DNA from: Gonapodya sp. JEL0774 | Lineage: Eukaryota | Reading direction: 5' to 3' | Assembly (NCBI GenBank): GCA_027604505.1 | Contig: JADIIX010000120.1 | Coordinates: 1 to 64,000 of the forward strand | DNA: 64,000 nt | Shown here: positions 55,119 through 64,000 of the stretch, one piece after another | Position numbering within the stretch: position 1 is the first letter of the stretch | Layout of the letters: every line of letters begins with the position of its first letter | Notes under the pieces: model-generated | The model's input: only the letters and a program-made list of their open reading frames with translations | Database searches by the model: none | Told to the model about the DNA's origin: nothing | Program-made: the position numbers and the translations under genes

Positions 55119-55331
55119 TACGGAGAAATCGAGCTAATAGATTTGGGAAGGGCGAAAGCTTGAGCGTTTTTCACTCGGAGAGAAGTTCTTGAAGTTACGG
55201 TTCTGAATGATGTCAGAGGGTGGTGACCAAAACCTGTTTCAGGGTCCGATACACACTATTTTGCCGGAGAGGAGAATTATACCACTACTCATGGTGAAAC
55301 AAATGTCAAATACACTAGAAAATTGTCCGCT

Positions 55332-58300
55332 TCAACCGCGAGAGAGAAGCTTTTCGATCTCTTCGGCAACATTTCCCACATCTTCCGGCTCACTTTCTAC
55401 CTCGCCGTCCGCGTGCTTCGCTTCCCGTTCAAGTTCTCCATCACCTTGTGCCGTTGGCGTCCGACTGGGTGTCTTTGGCCCCTTTATCGTGGGCGTGTTC
55501 GTGCCGGAGCCCAACTTCTCCAACCATGCATCCAAGTCTTCCATGTCCAGATCACCACCTTCCCATGCCTCCCCGTCAGTGTAATCCGAAGCTTGCGGGA
55601 CAGCTGCAGCATGTCGCACAGTAGAGTCCATTGAGCCAGCACCAGCCTCGTTAGCATCAGTGTTCGCATGTACTGAATCCGCATCAAAAAGAACGGTGGA
55701 CTTGGGCTTGGGCGGTGCTGTTGCCACGCCACCCAACATCTTCCAGACACCTTGTAGCGATGCGGACACTGATATCACAGCAGGCTTAGTCGTTTCAGTA
55801 TTCGTGGTCAAAATGGACGCTTTGTGAGCGGAGGGAGCAGAGAAGGAAGAACGGTTTGGGGATGTCGCGATGGCCAAGAAAGGATTCGATGAGTTTTCAA
55901 TGGACGCATCAATAGTTGACGAGCGAGGTCGGAAAAAGGATGCGAAAGACGATGTTCCAGTATTCAAAGCCGGAGCGACCGTCTTTGTAGGGGAAGTAGC
56001 AACTGCCGGAGGGGCAGAAGACTCTGGTGGTGTCGTGCCAGTTTCGTTCTGTTCGGCATTCTCACCGACAGTAGACTGTTCGACTGGGCTCGGCTCGATT
56101 ACATTAACCTTGGATGGGGTGGCTTGCCCGCCCGCGGGCGTCCTTACACCCCAGAGCCTTTTGAAGGAGTCCTGAAGCGACATTCCGCTGTTCAACAGGT
56201 TCCTGCCCTTTGGAGCTTCCACGGCAGCACCGTTCGGGACGACAGGGTCCGTACTAGTCGGTTCGGTCTGTCCCTTCGTGTCCGCGGCGGCGATTGTGGT
56301 CTGCTCATGATGGGCACCATTTGCTTTGTCACGCCCCTCGGCTACGGCACTATCAATTTCGTTGACGACTCCCTTGGTCGCTGTGTTCACAGAACGCCAC
56401 AACCCTTGGAATGCCATTGATGTCTGCTGCGACCACTGCGCCACCGTGGCAGACGCAGCGGGGGGCGCCGAAGGTTTAGCGTCCGAGCTTGGGGCCGAGC
56501 TCTTCGATTCCACAGGCTCGGTTGCTGTTTCCGAGTTCCCGCCTGCTTTCCCAGCAGCTTCAACGTCACTCTTGTGGTCCACTACCCTCACCTGCGCCGG
56601 AAAACTGAAACCCCCAGCGACGCTTTTCTTCCAGAACTCTCCAGCTTGCTTCACCCATTGACCCACCACATCCTCGTGTTCCGTCTCCTCTTCATCCCAT
56701 TGACCTTCCACCCATTCCTCCCCAGGACCACGAAAACGGTCGGGACCAGCCAAACCGCGACCCACGGCCAGATCGTAGTTGGCATAAGCTCGAGAAAGCA
56801 CCAAATCAAGAGAAACGAGCTCATGAGGGTAGTTTTGAAGGAGTTTGAGGCAGTCTGGAAACGCCGACTCGAGAAGAGGGGTGCGAATAGACCTACGTTA
56901 CGCGCAAGAGCCTGGAGTAATCGTGGTCAATCTTGAAAACACTCCAATACGTACACAATCATCGAAACAGAGAGTTCAACAAGCCAGTCCCAGCGCCATG
57001 TCACATCGCGTCGCTCGTGCTTTTCCCACTCCACCACTCCTCCGCTTTCCACTTTTGGCGGGCCCGTACCACACACGTCCAGCTTTGGTGGCGCACGAAG
57101 ATGAAAGCGAAAGAAACAGAGAGACGACGACCGGAGACGGGGAAACAAAAGTCACGAATTGTGCAAGATGATGAAAATGTAATGGCCCTCTCACTGCAAT
57201 ATCTGCCAACAGAGTGTCCCATATTCTCAGAACTTCTGGCAAAGGGTACTCTTGAGTCATGAGAACAGTGAGCCATCGGAACAGGAAGAATATGGGGTGA
57301 AGCGACTTGGAAGACTGGGAGTCAGACACAATTAGTCGGGGTAGTCGCCAACATCTCCGTCCATCCATCACGCGCACCACGTACCATATCTCTCCAAAGT
57401 TCAGGATCCCTCTCCCTCAATCGGAGCCAGGCGCGGCCCATGCTGTGGGAGACACCACCAGCCCCTACAATCCGTCGCTTTGCCTGCGGCCTCGACACCG
57501 TGCGTGGTGGAATTACAACGCCAGACTTGGGTGTTGCAGTCGTGCTCGATGTGGAGTCGACAACTACCCCAGCAGCAGGTTCCGGCTCAATGTGAGCTTC
57601 GTCGTCCGAAACGTTTCCGTTCACGGGAGCAGGGGGAGAATCTGCGTCTGTTGTCAGTGGATCTCTGACCGTGTTTGCGTCAGATTCAGTAACAGGCTTG
57701 CTGGATTCCAGTGAGGGTTCATTCGAATGCAGCGCATTCGGAGAGTCAGGCGAGCTTCCAACCTCCGCTGGCATAACTGCCTCGATGATTTCGAGCGCAC
57801 CGACACGTTTGGGTCTCGGATTTGAAGCCGTCGGTGTATGCGGAGGAGTAGCCTTGCGCGACATGGCGCGGGATCCACCACGTGATGATCCCGGTGTCCG
57901 CAGGTTGTCGAGTGAGCGCATGAAGTGGTCATGAAACTGGCCAAGAAGTGCCGTGAGGAGAAAGAAGGAGTCGGGCTCTGCGTGGGCTGATTGTACCCAA
58001 GAAGACCTTTTTGCTTTCAGCATTCTCCACCAGCTTTTCATCCATGTTCTCACCTCTCTCTTCTTCACCGTCACCCGTGCCCGCCGCACAAACATAGTAA
58101 AGTGGAGCCAGCAACTCGTTCATGCCTTGCACATAACCAACCCCAGGATTGAGGCGGGCGAACAAGTACAAAATTCTCAAGAGGGAGTCCACATGTGTGT
58201 GTGGTTCCGGTGGGGGGGTGACGGGGGGATTTTCCGAGAGGTACAGGTGGGAAATACGGGCATAAAGCGCGTTCGGGTTGAACACGGTTGGGTAAGTCTC

Positions 58301-59280
58301 CTTTGAAGCTTCATCGCCATGAAACAAGGGGCTGTACGCTCCCCAGGACTTCGGCACCTCTTGCTGAAAAAAAGCCATATCAGGAAGGGTTCGGCGGACA
58401 TCGCGGTAAATTTGTTCGAGGGTGCCGAGTTCTGGGTCAGTCGGAAAAGGAGGCAGAAAGGCAGGGTTCGAAGGGATCTGCATCGAAGATGAACGTGATT
58501 TAAAGTGGAAAGCACAAAAAAAGAGAAGGAATTCATTTCGGAGCTAAGGTGGGAACAGTTGGCTCTGTAGTGTCATGGCACCATTACCTGGCAGCATTTC
58601 CATTGGTCACTTTCAATGGCCGATGATTTCCGGCGACAATTATGTACAACAATGCACTGCTCGCCTACTTTTACCAAATCTTGCGTCACCCACTCACCTC
58701 CGCCTTTTCCACATCAGAATCCTGACCAGCTTCCGCATGGGGAGCCTCCGTGGCTGGAGGAGGGACGAACGACGTCAAATCCCTGATGAATCCATAATAC
58801 AAGGTCCTCTGGCGGTGAACTACATCTGCCCAATCCGCCCGTTCTTGCCATGGAGTATAATTGAGGAGCACCTTTATACAACGGAAGAGGAAACACGTCC
58901 AAAGTGGAAAATTGGGTGCACCGATAGAAAACTAAACCAACTTTCCAACATTTTGATCGCACAGAGGGAGGATAGTCCGGTACTCCTGGAGTAAGTTGTG
59001 ATCGAAAGTTGGGTGATGGGACCGACAACTTCATGACTTCACACAAGCTCAATTCATCTCATACCTGCAAAGCACAATCTCCTGAACGTTTCCAAATCTA
59101 GCTCCCGGCCTCCATCCGGCGTCCTCCCTGTGAACAGAATCTGCTCGAAATCGGACTGTCTGTTGTTTCCAATAACATCAAGTGATAGCCGAGAAAGGGG
59201 GTGCGTCATCGAATGAACAAGCGTTTGTACAAACCACCGTGAAGCACTCACCGCTGCTTGTGATCCATTTGCGGGGCCAT
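55332..59280 (-). CDS. TBC-domain Rab GTPase-activating protein (TBC1D13-like) with long low-complexity C-terminus
   Basis: LETFRRLCFAG, IYRDVRRT (Arg finger), LNPGVGYVQGMNE (Gln finger), FRWLTVLMTQEYPLPEVLRIWDTL. Confidence 0.9.
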
Positions 59281-60044
59281 GTGCGGTTGGAGCGAACTAA
59301 AGGCGCGTCTCAAAAGCAACAGCCAGGGCACATCATCATGTGCTGTAAGGTCAGTGCTCCAAAACCGTGATTGAAGAACGAATATATTCATCTTCTCGCT
59401 CGAGGCCCGAGCTTTATACATCCATGTTCATTTCATAATAATTCTAACTTATCCCGCATTCGTGGAATGCGTCGAGGAACTAAATGTCGAAATAAATGCA
59501 CACATCGCCTTACCCTCGAAGATGCAAACTCCATATCTGACTGGTCTTTTAGGGCAACCGATTGTGTTGTCCCTCATTTCAGACACTAGTACATTTGGCT
59601 TCCAATTTGATTCATGTTAACTGCGATTGCTGGTTGCCGACTCATGAAGCACCGGTCTTCTCCACCGTGTTTGCTGACTGGATTGTCTAAGGTCCTGTCC
59701 CAGACTCGCAAACATTATGGACGCTTCAGTGAGATGTCTCAATACGGTCGTCTCTGCGAGGGGCGAACCCATTGACCCCTGCTCCTCGTATGCACGACAT
59801 CCCATACTGACCCGGCGTGTAAACACCGGTTACGGATTTAATCCTGGTTGCCCGATATCGCACGTTCACTAGATGGATAATAGTCGGCGGATGAACTCTC
59901 ATTATATTTATGGGGATTCAGGGTCCACTCAATAATATATACTTGATATACCTATGACTATCACAGCAGTGGATACAATTCTCTTCTTACGAATTGCAAC
60001 GATAGATAGATATTCTCCATTCTCAAAGCCGAGCTTGCCACGAT

Positions 60045-63000
60045 ATGGCGAATAGTTCTGGCTTCATTGTGGGTTCCCTCTTCTCAAATCCCCACAGCTT
60101 ACTGCCTCTGACGCCACTGGCCACTTCCTCTCAAGCTTTCCACCGACTACTCTTGCCTGCCCGGCTTTTTCTGCCCCAACGTAACCTCAGGTTGGTCTGG
60201 TGCCATCTGCCTCTGTTTTAATGAAATCAGTCTTACTTCAACCTTGCATCTTAATCCGTCACGTTACAGCAAACCCGCAATCCCTCCCACGATATTATCA
60301 ACCGTCAGTCCGCTGTGCGTTCACGCGCTTGCAAGGATACAGATGCGAGGTGACCTGCGGCGGTATTTCATTCAAGCGTTTCAACTTCATGTAACCTCCC
60401 TGTCCCTGTACTCCCTGTACTCGCTCCACCTGCACCACCTGATCCCACCTACCTATTGGCGCCGTCCAATATCAGCCACAAGGCCCCTATGAGCCTATCG
60501 TGTGCTCTAGTGGTCGTTTTTGTCCCGACTGGAAAACGAACTTGATTTGGTGTGTGAGATTTGTGTCTCCAGAGTTTCTGAATGCAAACTCCTGACCTCC
60601 CCCGACCTCAAAGTCCCGCTGGATACTTCTGCCCCGCTGGAGCTGTCACACCTATTCAATGTAACCTGCTTGCTAGCTGTCCTCAAGGGTCAGGCACACA
60701 GGTGTATTTTGCACCACTCGTCGCTTTCATCATCATCGATCTTGGTCTTGTTGCGTTGCACTTCCTGAAGAGTTACATGGACCGCCATACCAGGGTAAAG
60801 AAAGAATTAATCGCCGATATGGCCGCTGAATCCCAAGCAACGTCAGTGGAACTGACGTCCGACTTGTTAGATGATGGTGATGGTGACGTTGAAGTACTCG
60901 TAGACGGGTTCAAACGTGGTCTCAACGGGAAGAGTTTCAGAGTTGATTTTAGGTAAAGTGCCAGGCTTCTCAATTAATAGTTCCTGCATTTGCTTACATC
61001 ATTATGTAGATTCGAGGAGCTGTCCCTCAATCTTAAATCTGGCAAGACAATACTGCAAGGTGTGACAGGTGAAATCCGTGCTGGACGAATGACGGTATGT
61101 TTGGCTACATGTAACGCGTCTGACTTCAAAGCTGACATCCCTCCTCGATCATGAAAAGGCTATCATGGGCCCCAGTGGGGCAGGAAAAACAACCTTCTTG
61201 AACGTCATGATGGGCAAAATCAATCGTACCAGCGGTCGTCTTATCGTCAATGGGAGAGTGGGAGAAATGAGCGCGTACAAGAAAATAATCGGATACGTCC
61301 CTCAAGATGACGTAATGCTCCGCGAGCTCTCTGTGCGCGAGAATGTGGAATACTCTGCTCGATGTCGCTTGCCACCTTCGTGGACAAACGCTCAAGTCTC
61401 GGAACATGTAGACCGGATTTTGAGTGCTCTGAAGTGAGTTAATCGGTCTGAAACGTCGTCTGGCACCGCATTTCGCTGATCCCCACAACACGTCTACAAG
61501 CCTTTCGCACGTCGCCAACACACTCATTGGCGACGAAACAGTCCGAGGCATCTCTGGCGGGCAACGAAAGAGGGTGAATATTGGAATGGAATTGGCAGGT
61601 CCGACATTTGCACACATTGGTGGAGGCTTTCTAATCGCTCAATATCGTTCAACACTTTTTAAGCCGCACCACTTGCACTGTTTCTCGACGAGCCCACTTC
61701 TGGACTAGATGCCACGGCCGCCTTACAGGTTGCAAATATTCTCAAAGCAATATCCCAGCTCGGACTGACTGTCGTGGCGGTTATTCATCAAGTAGGTTGT
61801 GCACTCTTTCAGAAGTACTATTGTTGGTTGTTTCTTGACGGTTTGTGAGACATGTTCTCTGAATCCCTCCCGACAGCCACGCAAAGAAATCTTTGAGGTG
61901 TTTGAAGATCTCCTCCTGATCGGACCCGGGGGTCGAACAGCGTACCACGGTGAAACCAATGAAGTGCAGTCTTATTTTGGGAAAATGGGCTTCAAGTTTG
62001 ATCCCTATTCCAATCCTGCGGACATTTTGATGGATGTACTGAGCGGCAAGGGGACTTTCGAGGGAACATCGGTGCCTCTGGTGAAACCCACCGTGGAAAG
62101 CCTATTGAAAGCATGGTCTGATCGCTCTTCGATGCGAGCTTCCGTCTCTTGCGGACAACCAACTGCCCATGACGAATCCACTACGACAACGGTGTCGCCA
62201 CCTGAAGAGGCCTCTTCCACCGACAGCTACACGGCATTCCATCACGAAATCGGTGCAATATGCCGAGAACGAGGTGCTCGTTGGTACAAGCAGGTGTACT
62301 TGGCTCATAATCGATCAATTTTACAGCAAGTAAATTTCGTTTCGATGTCCCGAGGTTTGGCATCCGATACCACTGACATGTAACTGGTATCAGTATCGTA
62401 CCATCTCTACGCTCGCCCTTGAGACGTTTGTCTCGGTTGTGGCCGGTGCTTTGATGGGCCTCGCTGCCCAAAACGCGGACGGAGAGCTCTACTCTGGAGT
62501 CTGGATTCAGCCTTACACGATTATAGGTCCAGCTCCATATTTCTGGACCGTTCCTCTCTATGGTTTGTCTTCATCCGTACACGAGTATGCGAAATGATTT
62601 GCAAATGACTTCGAGTGCCCCGACAGCTTTCTTGTTGGGCCTTTCGATCGCTCTGGCCTCCGCACCTGCAAGCGTTCGAGTCTTTGGTGACGAACGTCTA
62701 ATATTCTATCGGGAAGCTGCTTCGGGTCACTCGCGATCGGCATACTATACAGGCAAAACCCTTTCTTCCATCTACCGGATAGTTCTGACGAGTTTACATT
62801 TTTCGGCTGTCTACTATCTGATATCAACGCCCGTTACCAGTTTTGCGTGAGTGGTGCTCCTTGGTTTTTGTGGACACACATCGTAAACCAGAAATTGTTC
62901 TGGTAACTCAATTCAACCATCGTGATGTAAAGGATATTCTACTGGATTGTTGTAAGTGCGGTTCAGAAACTTGCTATCGATCGCCCGCGGTATTCATGTC

Positions 63001-63544
63001 TCCTTCGGGTTTTCTTCTATGCAAGCTCATGACCTTCTGGGGAGTATATGGTCTCGGCGCAACAATTTCCATGCTTGTGAAGAAGGGCAACGCTCCTCTC
63101 CTTGCCGCGGTGGGTATTTGCAAGGTATTTTCATCGCTCGAACTTCAAAGGATCCTTATGAGCTTCTTCGTAACGTTCTTGCAGGTCGCTGCCCTCTTTC
63201 ACGGTACTCTCTGCGGCTTCGGACCCACGGTCCAAACCGTGAGTTCCTGGAAACTACTGTGGGCATGGGTGGGTAACTTCATCTCTCCCCTGGAAACGAT
63301 GATCTTACCGCGAATGTTTACTCTACAGGACCTTTCTTTCAATCTTTGGGGCTCAGAGGCACTCTTTAGCCAGTACGTGAACCTGTACGCCAATGTGTAT
63401 GATGTTGAGCAGGCGAGGCGAGCCTATGGGTACACCGTGGGCAGAGAGGCGACTGATCTCTTGGCGATGTTTGCTCTAGGACTTGGACAGAGGGTAATTG
63501 CTTTCGTGTTGATGATCGTGATGGATCGGGATAAACAAAAGTGA
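60045..63544 (+). CDS. ABCG half-transporter with Cys-rich extracellular N-terminal region
   Basis: [31 protein letters not shown], Walker [17 protein letters not shown], signature [24 protein letters not shown]-terminal TMD. The true start probably lies further upstream (~59600-60045). Confidence 0.9.
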
Positions 63545-64000
63545 ACGAACACGCCTTCAACAACGGGCGCCATTCAATGCGATCTGACGGTCCAATAGCA
63601 CCTGGAATTCATTTATAGTATCGTGTGCTCTAGTGGTTAGATCCGACTTTAGGTACTATTCTCATCGCATACAATTCATTTACTGTGGCATCCTCTTCAT
63701 GATTGTTCCTGACCGCCGCATCTCACCTGGAAATCAGCACAACGTAATCGCTTGGCCTAAGGTACTACAGAACATTTTGGTGATGATTGTCACGAGGGGA
63801 TCTCCTGGCTCTTCTCCGAGTACCGTGATCAGGAATGTTCAAGTGCTATCTAATCGACCTCCACAAAGATGTCATGAATGATTGCACTTCTTTTGCACGT
63901 ATGTTGTTGCTTTGTACATTGAGAGACGGGCAATTGCTCCAGCTGTATAATCCCCCGTCCTGAACACCACTAGAAGGTCCCACTTTATGGAACTAATCCT

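Noticed and set aside
63633..64000. Short ORF fragments at the right edge
   Set aside because: Nothing recognisable. They may belong to a feature outside the window.

Overview
Eukaryotic, intron-rich, gene-dense DNA with short GT-AG introns. It is most likely from a zoosporic (flagellated) early-diverging fungus such as a chytrid or monoblepharid. This is an inference from fungal-type genes occurring together with the axonemal gene LRGUK. About 23 protein-coding genes can be reconstructed by eye: heme peroxidase (3' end), CaMKK-like kinase, Mcp2/Mpf1-type PUF, two paralogous membrane-anchored CBM18-AA5 copper radical oxidases, TM-SH3 protein, HAD phosphatase, adenylate kinase, CDC50, GH63-like glucosidase, WD40 protein, GSI-like ligase, GST, Glyoxalase_3-like VOC protein, EEF1AKMT4-like methyltransferase, SDR, ACC-synthase-like PLP enzyme, LRGUK, DGAT2, DUF2855, LEA/perilipin-like protein, TBC RabGAP and ABCG. 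The most striking observation is an ACC-synthase-like PLP enzyme fused in frame, within one exon, to an intronless bacterial-looking VOC (glyoxalase/dioxygenase) domain. It ends an ~11 kb run of small-molecule enzymes (GS-like ligase, rho-like GST, second VOC, methyltransferase, SDR) that may be an undescribed metabolic or detoxification cluster. Also seen: a non-autonomous hAT-like element, a CpG-decayed relic ORF, and a phased CRE/STRE-like promoter. No rRNA, tRNA or CRISPR is supported. Family calls come from motif recognition only, with no database search, and gene spans include introns.
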